From the NCBI GenBank assembly GCA_003427395.1, contig BFEA01000005.1, positions 2,655,793 through 2,719,792 on the forward strand: DNA of 64,000 nt, written 5' to 3'. This document shows, piece after piece, positions 48,156-61,100 of the stretch. A program made the translations under genes and the position numbers. The notes beneath the pieces were generated by a model. It ran no database searches and was not told the DNA's origin. It was given only the letters and a program-made list of their open reading frames with translations. Positions within the stretch are counted from its first letter, which is position 1, and every line of letters starts with the position of its first letter. The stretch comes from Chara braunii (taxonomy: Eukaryota; Plantae; Charophyceae).

Positions 48156-51100
48156 TTTCTACGACAATAAAAGCGGTGCTGACTTTGAACTCTGAAAGGT
48201 GTCTTTTCCATGTGTGTTATCGTGAATATTTTTCTTTGAATGACTGAGTGTATGTTTTGTGGATGACTATGCATGTAAAATGGAATGCAATGTATGGCTT
48301 GAATATACTTTATCTCATATCTTGTTGAGACAAAATTATGAAAGATGTGAGCCCTGTAGGCGGTGGTAATGAGGCCCGTGCCGGAACTTTGTTCATGGTC
48401 CATAGCGGGATGTTGTCACCTTCCTTGTGGAAGGGGGTGCCTACATTACCGTTAAAAGGGAGGAAGTTTTGCGGTCTTATCAGGACGCTGTCTGTAAAGT
48501 AGGCGACCACGATTTACTGCAAGGATAGGGTTGGTCTCCTAACCTTGAAGTAGGTAGGGTCACCTTGTCCTCATAACTAAGGTCTGACCAACCTTTGGTT
48601 TTGTGGACAAGGATGTCCTATTCTATTGGCAGTAGAATGATAAGATCGTAAAATTGGAATCGGAGGGAAGGTGGTGAGGCCCGAATCTAAAGCGGGACTT
48701 GATGTCAGGATGTTGTCCTTCAAAGGATCACACCACTCCTCGACGCTAATCACATCAGTGCATGGGTCCAGAGACCATTATACCACGAACCAGTCATCCA
48801 GATGTCATGGTTACCAATGTACTCGTTACCTTAGACAAAGGTAGAAGAGAGATNNNNNNNNNNATGCAAGCAGGTCTTTAGGGGCGAGCGGTGCTTCTCC
48901 ACTTCGAAGTCTTGATGCAGATTCTCCTCGTCGCACAGCATACCTCCAGGTAAGTTCTTCTTAGCCCCTTCTTCTTCGGCCTACTTTCCCTTCTCCTTCC
49001 TCACTCTCTTCCTTNCTCCTTCATCATTCCTCCATCACCTCTTCTTCAACATCTCGCCGGCCTTACTCTTGCCAGCGCACCCATGAGTGTAATGAACACT
49101 GCTCTGATACCAAAATTTTGCATGGGTCCAGAGACCATTATACCACGAACCAGTCATCCAGATGTCATGGTTACCAATGTACTCGTTACCTTAGACAAAG
49201 GTAGAAGAGAGATGTCCCATTCCCATAGACAAAGGTAGAGAAGAGTTCCCTGTCCCCCATAGACAAAGGTAGAGAAGAGATGCGTTGCCGCTGCTTATAT
49301 TATCAAAAAAATGTCTGATTACATCAACTTCCAGTCTCTCAAGTTCATCACAACANCTCATAAATCAACTCTGTTCATCATCCCATCAATATGGAGACCA
49401 GCGCAGCAACATCATCATGTCGAAGTACAGCATTACTCAGGTAAGTGACATCTTCTCCTCCCTCTCTCTTCTCCTTACTTCTTCCTCTCTCTCACGGCAC
49501 ATTATCTCTCTTGTCTCATGAAGATCTCGTTCAGAATACACTCACAGATAGAACACCAACTAGTAGGCTAACATCCTATCTCAACAGGGNAGCTATGGCT
49601 GCATTCAGCCAGCCAGCGCCCTCACTCTCTTCCTGCGCCACTTCTTNCTTCCAGCNCTGACTTCACCTCCCACTCTAGCGCACAAATGGCCAGCACTTCC
49701 ACGCCAGTGGGGAATGAGCTTCCANGAGGCTCACTGCCTCTTTTATAATCTTGGCGAGCAGCTTCAGCCTCTGAATTGGTACTTCGGCCTGGCCCAGATC
49801 TGCATTGCATTAGTCCCATCTCTTTTCCCACGAGGTACTGCTTGAATTTGAGGCCACCGGCCTAGCCTTTGGACTGACAGGACTGGATCTGGACTGCCCT
49901 CTAGACTTAAGACAAAACTGGGACACTTTTAGTTAGCTGTACCCACGGCCAGACACAAATCTAAGCGAACAGGCACATTCTCAAAATGAACAGACATTCT
50001 GCATTCCCCCCCTCAAATGAATGCAAGTTCTTTTACATACATTCCCTTTTTGTAGCTTCGTGTGCAGATGCATGTTGACTGTTCGACAGACCTTTGCTTT
50101 CTTTCAGAGATGNGACTTTTGACCCCCAGAGGTGACTTTTCGTTTGTCTACTCGTCTGTTGACTTGCTGGCTGGGTCCCATTCGCACCTGTTCAAAGTGC
50201 TTTACCTTTGGACGCTGTATTTTGAACCTTCCACGGGGTTCCCTTTTCACCCCTTTAACGCTGATTCTCTTTTAGAGGGTCTGAATGGGGTATTGACGGG
50301 TAAAGGCCCTTTTATCAGAGTCAGAATAGTCCTGCTTGATATGTTATCGAGTATCAGAAAGATGAGCTCACACTGTTGGATGAATGATAGGAAGAAGTGG
50401 ATGGGTGGTTTCTCTTATGAATGGTTAAAATTTAGGAAATTGATATATTTTGAAAGGCCTGTCAGGGGTTAATCCTGACTCATTTGGGGAAATAGGTTAA
50501 ACGCAAGTTTTCAGTAAATAATGATGAAATACTTGAGGCCTTTTTGTTTTGATGTCTTCCCTGACTGTAGTATAATGTGAGTATCCTTGTGTGTATGGGA
50601 GGCCCAGGTTAAATTCCTGGCGGCGTTGTGTACGTCAAGGTGTTGTGAAGAGCATCCCCGTAAACTCAAGAGACACGGGTTAGATTCCTGGCAGTCAAGG
50701 GAATTCCCCAATTGAATATAGCAGTACCAATTAATTGGATTATGTTGGATCTAGCTGGAGGGCTTCCAATACCATTCTGAGAGACAAAATTTTGAGTGGC
50801 CGCCAGTGGGATGATGCTGGAACTATCTGAAAAGAAGTCCACAAAAATTGAAGGCATCAGGTCAACAATTTGAGCTCATAATTGATGGAACGGGAAGGTT
50901 GTCTGCCAGGATTTTCCTGGTGAAACCTATGATGTTGTGTTTGGATAAAAATGAATGACGTGGAAGTCATTCAATGCGGCCTGGGAATGTTGTCAGGACA
51001 GAAACCCTGACAAGGGTATCTGCCCTGTATTTCCAATGTCAGACGAAGTCCGAGTTTTGATGTAAGTTTGTGGAGTTGGTCTGACGAAATAAGATATGCT

Positions 51101-51497
51101 ATTGAAAAGTTCCAACTCGTTCACAGGTTTCGGTTAGACCGCAGAGATGTGCGGCCGTTGAAAGACTAAAGTTATACCTATTCTACCTAAAATAATGTCG
51201 TGCGGATGCTAGGCCCTACGATTCAGGGCCCAAATAGGCTAAAAACAGGGTTGCGCCGGGTATAGGGTCGCGACGTGGAAGGAATAAGAAGTTTTGTTTT
51301 TATTTCCTAAGGCCGCAGGGCTTGACTTCGAACCTGGGGGCCAAAAGACAGATGCCGGGGCCTACCCGGCTAGACGCCCAATCAAGCCGCCAGTCACGCG
51401 GCTAACTGGTATGGGAGATCCACTGGCAGGTAAGCCGGCAGGCCACAGGCAGGGTAAGCCGGTAGGCCACAGCCGGGGCAGGCCTGCTAGGCCACAT
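48156..51497 (-). mobile_element. Nested LTR-retroelement fragments within element C gag
   Basis: LTR 49119-50003 (TGCA...TGCA) with a PBS at 49101-49112 on one side and a PPT complement (TTCCCCCCCTC, 50004-50014) on the other; partial identical LTR at 48759-48853 next to an N-gap; degenerate pol-like DNA on both sides. Confidence 0.65.
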
Positions 51498-53734
51498 AGT
51501 GAGCGCGCAGACTTGAACTTCTTAGTATCAAGCTGGACCAACGCATCAGTGGCCTGCTGGGCCTGCTGAGGGTCGTGCCATCGCGTCTCTACCAACTCCT
51601 AAAACTCTCTAATGTGTGGGTCTGTGCCCAGTCGTTCATCGTCTGCCGAATCCCTTGGATGCAACTAGTCCATCCAACCATCTTGCTGCCGAACCCTCTA
51701 GATATGAGCCGGCACTTCACACAACGCTCTCTTGGCCCTTACCCACACTGGAATCGTCCTCAACCAGATGTCAAGTGCCTCATCCTCCTTGTCTTCAGAG
51801 AAGGTCTGAGGTGGTTTCAAAGGGGTCTTGGGGTACCAAGGCTGCTGTGGTCCCATTTGTGGGACTGGTTGCTGCCCTGTAGCTACAGCAGCAGGACATG
51901 AGGATGAAAAAGCAGCAATCTGCGCTGCTGCTGCTGACGCACCACTTGGTGGTAGACCAAACTGAGGAACAAAGGGTCCGGTCATCGCCGGATACTGTGG
52001 CGGGGATGGATATGCTGCAGGTGGCCCGAAACTGGGCCCGCCTGTTGTGGAAGGGACTGGTCTTCCCTTCCCCTACACGACACTCAGAATCTGGTCAAGG
52101 GTGGACTGGATGTCATCCAGCCTGCTGTCCATATACGCGTATGCTCACGTTGATGACCTTTCCCGCATCATCAAGGACCGAGTCATCTAACCATTCTAAT
52201 GCAGCCATATCTTCCTCTCTGCTCTCCATTCTGGCCTTTCTATTTCCGATTGTAGTTTCTTTTTTTTTTTTTTCAGTAGCTTCCCTAAGTTGCTTCTCTA
52301 GCTGTAGGTGGAGTAGTTCTGCTTGTTGAACTTTCATCTCTTCTCTAGTGGGTGGAGGTGGATGGGTGTACTGCGAGCCTGCCATCTGACTAGAGGATGG
52401 TCCTCCACTCATCCCATTGGATGAGGCCATGGACATGGACAAGGTACCTGATGTCTGCTGCTGTGAAGTTGCACCAGAAGTGGCCGTTGCGTCAGCACAA
52501 GCTGCTGCTGCCTCCCTAGCTGTCTGCAAACGTTGGGCCCTTGCTTCAGCCTGGAACCTTCCCTCGTCTCCTGGTAACAGCACCTGGAACACGACAGGAA
52601 TACGGCGAGTATCCCCGAGTGTCTGCCTCCTATCGTCAGCTGTACCTTCCCCACTACCTGTTCCACTCAGCAGCTAAAACAGATCAGTGTCTTCACTAGT
52701 GCCCTCACTGGGGCCTATCGCAACATGTTTCTGATGGAGTCGGAAAATAGATAAAAATAAGTATTTTTTTGGCAAGTCGGCAGGGCTACCGATCAAGTGG
52801 TGTCAACAGCATACACACAGATTGTGCAAATGATCTAGTCCTACTATGATCAGTTCTAGAAGAGCAACACCAAACAGAACTGGAAATGGTAGACTACTAC
52901 AGCTCTACTATCATGCTGTCTGTCAGGTGTCAGCAGTCGGTCACACCTCAACTAGTCAAAATAAAAATAAATCACTTGTGCAGATGTATGCAGAAATGGA
53001 AATAATAATGGTTATATTCGAGCCCCAATTGGAGCCTTCCCTCCCCTGTATTCGACGTTCCCATTTGCATCATTGTGCAGCGGTGTCTATGGTGTGCACA
53101 ACGGACCACCCCTGTACCCAGGTAATGTGAAGCAAGCCAGCCTGGCCCGCACAATTTTTGTCCTCGCATACTGTGCTAGTCGGTTTCCCCGTCAGAGTAT
53201 CTTTAACGACGGTCTGGTACACGTCGATCCCTCTTAGGCTGACTCACCCCACTTCCCTCTATAGCTAAGCAAGAGCTCAAAGGACAATGCAGCAAAGCCT
53301 GCGTGCTCAACTCCCGTGGGTTGGCGTAATGACCGTGACCCGTGCTTCGTCCAGGGCCCTTCAAAGGCACCTCTCTCTCCTGCCAGATGCGCCACCAGGA
53401 AGAATGTTGACTCTCAAGGTAGAGCGCTCACGACTCATGAACTAGAAGAGGACACTCAAGTCGAAACTCTCTTCCTCACGGTTAGAAGAGATTGAGATGG
53501 GAAGATAAGGTAAGGGAACAACCTACCTAAAGATCGTTCCCCCAACCACAAATTTCTCAACAATTGAGACGACATGCATTTTGATGACTGGTCATAGCCT
53601 CGGTACCACAAACAATACAATGCAGTGCCACCTCAGTCAAAATGCTATGTCACCATGCTCTCATCATCCCACATACATCCGCTGTCGCCACAGCCTTCAG
53701 GCCACGCTTTGCTCTACCCGGGAGTGGCGTAAGA

Positions 53735-53800
53735 ACTGCTCAAGTAAAAAGACAAGATGTTTTTCAACAAAATATGATAGATTTTCAAAAGACTATCAAA
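53735..53800 (+). pseudogene. nad6: Micro-NUMT: nad6 3' end within the leader of element C
   Basis: CTCAAGTAAAAAGACAAGATGTTTTTCAACAAAATATGATAGATTTTCAAAAGACTA matches 15038-15094 with about 4 mismatches and reads QVKRQDVFQQNMIDFQKT. Confidence 0.8.
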
Positions 53801-55106
53801 ACAATACGGCAATAGCCAGCGCCAATGTAACCTTACTGCGGAGAAGCTCCGTCAGTGCACCAAGTAACAAAGACACCATGGCCGGCAGCGGCGATATCGA
53901 ACCAGCTCTGATACCAAATTGCAAGGAATATCAGCGAGAGCGATAAATAGAAATCCAAATTGCAAAACCACGCGGTAGTCCAGATAGTCATGTACCAAGC
54001 AGAGAGCACAATGCACCAAGATACCATCCAAATAAGAGCAATACAATGATCCCAAATGTCAATGTCGATGCTCGTTGGCCACACCAACATAGTATCCAAT
54101 GTCGCTCTTCCAGATTGGCGCTCAGCAACCAGCCCGGACTACTCAGACTATCTAGGCTATCTACGTTCATGCAATAGGATCACATCGAAGTTGAAGACCA
54201 ATGTACGTGATGTCATTGTCAATGCAGACTGCCACCATACACCAGGTACTTGTCTCATTTCTCTCCTCATCACCCCTGACTCCCCTCTCCATGCGGCTCC
54301 TGCCCGAGGACCACGATCGCCATCACCCTGCATGCGCCCAGCAGCCCGGCTATGGCCGTTGTGCACCCGTTGCCACTGCAGCGCCCCCTCTCACCACCAA
54401 CGCCCGTGCACGCCTTGGCCAGTAGCGCTAGCGCAGCTTCTCGTGTGTCAACGCAGCAGCGTGGCCGCATTGCCTGCACAGGCCAGAATGAATCCTATCT
54501 GGAGTGCGCACTTTCCTTTATGGAAAGTCAGCCCTGCTTTCTGTTTCTTGGGCCCGGCTGGGCGAGTTTCCAGTAGCTTCCAGTCGGGCCCCAGTATCTG
54601 TGCCGAGGCTCAGTTTCAGATACTGGCCTGGGCCCCGTGCAGTTGGGCACGTCCAGGTAGCCCTCATGGCTCAAGTGTTCGGCGCAATCCCATGGGATCA
54701 CGGCGTGTGTGTGACGAAGGAGCTGCTTTCTCATTGGTCTGAGGCCGCTAGGCGCCTCTGAATGTATGTTCCCAGGGCCTCAACCGAATGAGCCCTGGAC
54801 TCAACTGTACGACGCAGCTGCTGCCTCTAGAAGGAGCCAGGGAGGCTCACATTGCTCCGTAACCAACTGGCGTGCTGCAACTGTCTGATACCCCATATAC
54901 AGAAAATGGCAGAAATAGGCTTCACGCAAATATGCAGCCTTCGCTTAGGGCGGGGTCGAGTCTTGCTGGGGACTGAGCCCAGAATGTCTGTGTGCCCTAG
55001 AAGGGCCTTGCGAGGGCTCAATCCTCGCAGGGAGCATAATCTCCAAGTTAAACGCAGCCAACAAACGGTTGATGAAGCTTTTATTCTTCTGCTCATGTTC
55101 TACTTT

Positions 55107-58100
55107 TGCAAGGAACATGAGCGATAGTGAACTTCAGAAATCAAACAGCATCATACACATGAGACCAGATAGTCGTGACCTCGAACCAATAGCAGAATTG
55201 CATCACGAGTTCCACCAAATAAGAACACAGCAAAAGCTCATAATTGACAATGCTGGAAGAGTCTCATCATCATCAACGAAGAACCAATGTCGATATCCTA
55301 TCTGGCGCTCGGCGCCTAGACTACAAATGGAAGATCCTATCTAGCCTATCTACAATGCCGCTGATGACGTCAACAGCTCCCTGAAGTACGAGCAGATCTC
55401 GGCCAATGCCGTACGATTCAAGCGCCAGGTGTGTCTCTCGTATCATTCACAACCTCGTTCCCCAACTCACAGATGCCACATGCAACCAAGGACCACCATG
55501 CGCCCCATCCAGCATACAGCAGCGCAGCTCGGCTATGGCTGCCTGCTCCTTCCAGCTCGCCCGTGAGCGTGTGAGCGCTGGCCAGCGTTAGCCCAACAGC
55601 CCTTGCGCAGCATGCAGCCAATGCCCGAATGTCGAATGCGTGTGCAGGCCCTTTCCTAAATGGAAGTGGCCTGCCTGCCTTTCGTGCAGCCTGGCTGTGC
55701 TGGGACCCTGCCCAAAAGCTTCCGGTAGGCCCAGAGAGGCTGGGCCCGGGTCAGGCCCAAGGCTTGTGACAGTTACCCGTACCCAACTGCCCGCAGCCTG
55801 AGTTGGGTCCATGCTGCGTATCTCGCCCAGGGCCTGACTCAGATGCATTTGATAAAGGAAGTCAGGGCCCGGGCGCTTTCAACCAACTGGCGCTGCGCAA
55901 CTGCCTGAATTTTTCTCCCAGTTGCGAAGTAGTCCAAAATAGGCCTCTTGTCGCCTGTCGAGCCTGCCTTCACTTAGGGCGGCCAACGCTATTGCAAATA
56001 GGGGCCCAAAAGGGCTTATCGAGGCCTTATGCCTCACATTCCTTCCTCCATACTTCGCTAGTGCTCTGAGAAGTTTAATCAATCTGGCGCTTTCCCTTCT
56101 GCAGCAACTTCTCATAATGGGCGACAACCTGTGGAGTGTCCACATGAGTTCCTCCCGTGTGAACCATCTCTCCTCCTTTGGATCAGTATGATGTCTGAAC
56201 CGAACTCGGTATTGCAGCTTCGGCCTCGGAGGACGTCCTCTGCTTGTGGGTCTTGGCACTGGCATCTCTTTGTGGTCCACAATCGCGTCGATGTCGACCT
56301 CTCCATCCATGGTTGGGGGCAGCATTGAGCGACGAGATGGAAACTGATCTGTTTCCCTTAAAGGTGCGAGTTTGGAAGCGTGAAACACAGGGTAAGTACG
56401 TACGTGACCAGGGATGCGAATAACATATGACGGCCCATCCTTCTCATCCCCAACAACATCTAGGATCTCCCATGGTCCAAAGTACTGCGGCATGAGCTTG
56501 CAGGAGACCCCGTGCTCTTGTCCGAGTTCAAAGGACTTAACCCAGACTCTCTCCCCTACCTGAAATGTGGATGGGCGGCGGTGCTTGTTCTCTGACTTTA
56601 TCATCGCCGCCTGTGCCTTGTGCATCTGCTCAACAGCCTGCTGCATCAGATGCTCATATTGATAAGCGAACTAGGTTCCTGGTGCAGGAGAAGGCTGGTT
56701 CTCAGGTAGTAGGAAATCAAAGGGCAATCTAGGCTTGAATGTCAGTAACAGGCTATTCGGGCCTACTCCCGTTGCGCTGCGCACAACATTATTGTACCGG
56801 CTGGTGATGAGAGCAAGTTTCTCATCCCACTCTACCTGATTAGGCTTGATGTAGTGCCTTAGCAGGTGTTGTACAACGTGGTTTAACTGCTTTGCTTGCC
56901 CATTCGCTTCTGGATGGTTCCCGAATGTCATCTGCAAATGCGTTCCCTGCTTTGCAGCTGCAGCTTTCCACAGTTCACTAGTGAATCGCACATTACGGTT
57001 ACAGACTATAGATTTTGGTAGTCCAAAATCTCTGACCCAGTTCTCTTTGAACAACTTAACTACGTACTCAGTCTTAGTTGTTGCAGGCATTGCGACTAAC
57101 CTAGCGTACTTATTAAATCTATCCACAATGACGTTGACATAGCGCATTCCACTCTTGCTGGTGACTAGCGTATCCATGAAGTCCATGGACAGGCTCTCAC
57201 CAGGCCTTTCCGGAATCGGAAGGGGCTTCAGAAGCCCAAGAGGAGCCTACGTACGTCTTGTCCCTCTGACAGATCTGATAAGTTTCCACGTACAGCTTGG
57301 CATCTCTCATCATCGTGGGCCACCAGAACCTATGCAACAAATTGGCTGCAGTCTTTTTATAGCCAAAATGTCTGGTGGCATCATGACACTCGCCTAAAAG
57401 TAAACTACGCAAAGACTCCCTATCTGGCACACACAGACGTTTATTCCCTGCCTTCTCAAGGAACAGCAAACCGTTGACGAGTTCAAACTAGGCAGAAGTC
57501 ACCCTGTCCTTTGCCTCGAGCCTGCGTTTGATCTCGGACATAAACTGGTCCTCGTGATAGGCCTCCACCAAAGAGCGAGTGACGTTGTCCGCAAGCCCGA
57601 ACTCAGTGATCAGCGCACCAGAGAAATCAGGCCTACGCGATAAGGCATCAACAACTTTATTGTACTCCCCCTTGAGATACTAGGGTTCGAAGTCGTACTA
57701 TTCAATGACTTTGATCCAGCGTTTCAAGGCATCCGAGAGCACTGGCTGGGTTCTCATCCACTTTAGGGTCTGATGATCAGTCCTGACGATGAAGAACCTC
57801 CCAAGGAGGTAATTTCTCCAATGGGTCAGTGCCTTGTAAATCGCATAGAGCTCCTTCTCATGGGTGGACTTAGCCAACTTCTGAGACGACTTCTTTTTGG
57901 ACATGTACTCGAATGGCCTCAACTTTGGCCCCTCCTGCTATGCTAGCATGGCACCAATGCCATATTGGCTGGCATCCGTAGTTACTATGAACGACCTGTC
58001 AGGATCAGGAAGTTTCAAGACCTCATGATGCATCAACGCATGCTTCAGATGTTTGAAAGCAGCCTCGCACATGTCTGTCCACTCCCATGGGATGTCAAGG

Positions 58101-61100
58101 CGAGTCAAGTCAGTCAAAGGGGCGGCCACTATACTATAATTCTTAACTAAGTTACAGTAGTACCCGGTCATGCCTAAGAAAGACCTCATCTCAGTCATAG
58201 ACTGAGGACGCGGCCAGTCACGAATGCTGGCCACCTTCGCATCATCGGACTTCAAACCCTCCGCGGAAATCTCATGACCCAAGTACAAGATCCGGGTGCG
58301 ACCAAACTCACATTTCTCCCCGTTGATCTTGAACTTGTGCTGCCGAGGGAGACTGAGGACTTTATCTAAGTGCGCAACATGCTCCTCGACAGTCCTACTA
58401 AAAATAAGTATGTCATTGAGGTACACGATGACAAACTTATCCATGTAGCCATGAAAGATCCGATTCATAGAGTGCTGAAAGGTGCTAGGAGCATTGCAAA
58501 GGCCGAAAGGCATCACCACAAACTCATACAAACCGTACCTGGTCTGAAATGCGGTTTTGTGTTGATCCTCGGGCCGAATTGCAATATGATGGTACCCGGA
58601 TTTCACAAGCTCGCCTGGAGACATCCGATAGATCCTACCCTTCAGGATGCTAGACCCTGGGATAATTTCTATTGCGTGGACGACCTCCCTCTCAACAACC
58701 CCTTTTGGCTCTTCAAATAGATAAGGGTATTTAGCAACAACTCCCTCTATCTCTGGCGGCATTTTCACCGGCTTGCCTGCTACAGAGACATAAACTAGAT
58801 ACATACCCTCCTCCGGATTTTGCTTATAATAATTGTAGAACGTGGCCGCACACATGCATCCGTAGGACTCGATCAGACTACTAACCTTAAACTTACATAA
58901 TCTGGCGGTCCCCCCACCTAGCAAAATGTGCTTGACCACTTTTCGGTCCCAGTCAAACTGGGGTTGTGCAATGGAAAGATAGTACATACCCAATAGAATG
59001 TCCATTGGGAGATCGTCGTTGACTAGGAACGAGACGTGATGTCTCAGTTCCCCTCCCGCGTACGGAAAAAAACTCTCAATGTCCTGGAGGTAGTCGTTGA
59101 CTACCATGCGCTATTTGTTGGCACAGGTCGACTCCACAGGTCGACTTAGGCGCTGCACTTGCCCCTGTAAGTGCAGCCTCTCAATGCACGCGTGACTGAT
59201 AAAGTTTTGTGTCGAGCAAGTGTCATAATAGGCCCCGGCCTTGCGGCTGCCGATGACTACCCCGCTGACGAACATCTCACCCTTAGGGGCTTTAGCCAAT
59301 GCCGTCCAAGAAGCTAGCGGGTCTGATCTAGACCACTCCTCCTCTAGCTCCTCTAAGGACTCGAACACATTCATCGAACATAGGCTCGATGGGTCAGAAT
59401 GTGTTTGCGGGATGACAATGGAGTCAGTAGCTTGGGCCATCTCTCGAGATGGTGAGGGTGTGTCCACCACCTCGACCCTAGCAGGAACAACTACCATTCC
59501 TACTGGCCCGACACGGTTTCGCGGAGGACTGCCAGAACTGCTGGCTACATTGCTACCAACGAGAGCGGAGGATCCCAACGTTTGCCCCATCGTAGGCGGG
59601 ATCTTTTCGGTCACCTTCTTATTTCGACACTTGAACTGGTTATGGCCGCATCGACCACAATGGATACAAGCCTGCCATGTGTACCGATCTCTCCACACGT
59701 CCTCTGTTAGACCCGCTTTCTCCCATGGAGGAGCGTTGGTGTCAACTTGACTCCTAGACCGGGAACCTCCACGGCGTCTACCAGTCGCCTTACCTTTTTG
59801 AACTGAGGCAGCGACTACTCCACCCCCTGAAGCCTCTACGCTACCTGCCTCTGAACCCACTCCTGCCTGGAAGTCGTGATCCAACTCGATGGTAGAACCA
59901 TCGTTGTCGACGAACATAATGCGTTTGTGGCCTCGCTTACTGACTTAAATTGCCGGTTGTGCAAAGTCAGGATCGCATCAATGGCCTTTTGAGCCTCTTG
60001 AGGGTTATGGCACCTGTCTTCCACCAACTTGAGGAAGTCATCCAGTTTCTGGGTGACCGCCCAAGCGCGAAAGTCATGACCGTATCCTTGTAATTGCACT
60101 AAACCACTCAACCATCGTGCTGCACTCCCCTCTAGATAGGAGGCAACCACAAGCACTTCCTTGTGTGGCAAGGTAGGTTTACACTTTATATAGACTGACA
60201 CTGACCTCAACCATGTGTCGAGGTCTTCGCCCCTCTTGTCCCCTGTGAAAGGTTTAGGAGCAGCGATGGCCGTCTTTGGAACCCACTGACTTTGTCCCAA
60301 CACCTGTCCCACTCCAGGCTGTGGACCTTGGGGACCAGGCTGCTGCACTAGCTGCTGCTGGGGCTGTGTACCCTGCGGCTGTGCAGGCTGCGAGACAGCA
60401 GGCTGCCCGCTTACGACAACCTACGACGGAGGTTGGGAGAACACTGCTTGTACAGGAATATGTACACTAGGACCTGCTGAGAACCCTCCTGTCAACAGCA
60501 TGCCTAGGGAAACGGCTTGGACCGATGTTGGAGTTACATATGGGGATGCCCCAGTCACCGGTGGGACATAAGGAGGAGGTTGTACAACGGGCCAGGCACT
60601 GGGCCCGGACATCGATGGTGCTGCCTGTGCTCGCCCGACCAGCAAGGCCAGACTCTACTGGATGCCCTAAAGGAGAGCCGTGTGGTGGTCCTGCATCTCT
60701 ACAACACCTAGCAGGGCTGTCTGCATCGTCCTCACATGTGAATCCATGTGTGTCAGGTCCGTTCCCTCTAACTCACCGACGTTCGTTTGTCCCCGTTGCA
60801 TTCTAGCTCTTCTTCTAATAATTTTTTCCTTCTCCGCCTTTATCTCTCCTAAAGCCTTTTGTAGTTGTGCCTTCTGTAACACCATTGGTTGGCTTGCCAT
60901 GACGCCAGTGGACTGACTCAGGGTCTGCGCGACCATTGACCCTACGGCCCCTCGACTGCTGGCCTGGGAACTCTGCTGCGTAGCGGTTGCCATGGCTGCT
61001 GAAGCTGCGGCTTCGCTTGTGAACGCCCCGCTGGCCTCTGCTGCCTTGGATCTCCGCTGCTGCGGCTGCCTCTCCCTTTGCTGGCGGAACAGTAACCTAT

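Larger units (their letters stand above)
44693..55029 (-). mobile_element. Degenerate Ty3/Gypsy element C, internally deleted, with a nested insertion in gag
   Basis: 5' LTR 53920-55029 with PBS 53905-53916; truncated, diverged LTR from 44693; RT/RNase H 45307-46800. Gag is split: ...DTKKFKSARSL (51498) continues as LIVVPGVRYDPQV (48154). Integrase is absent and the flanks do not match. Confidence 0.75.
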
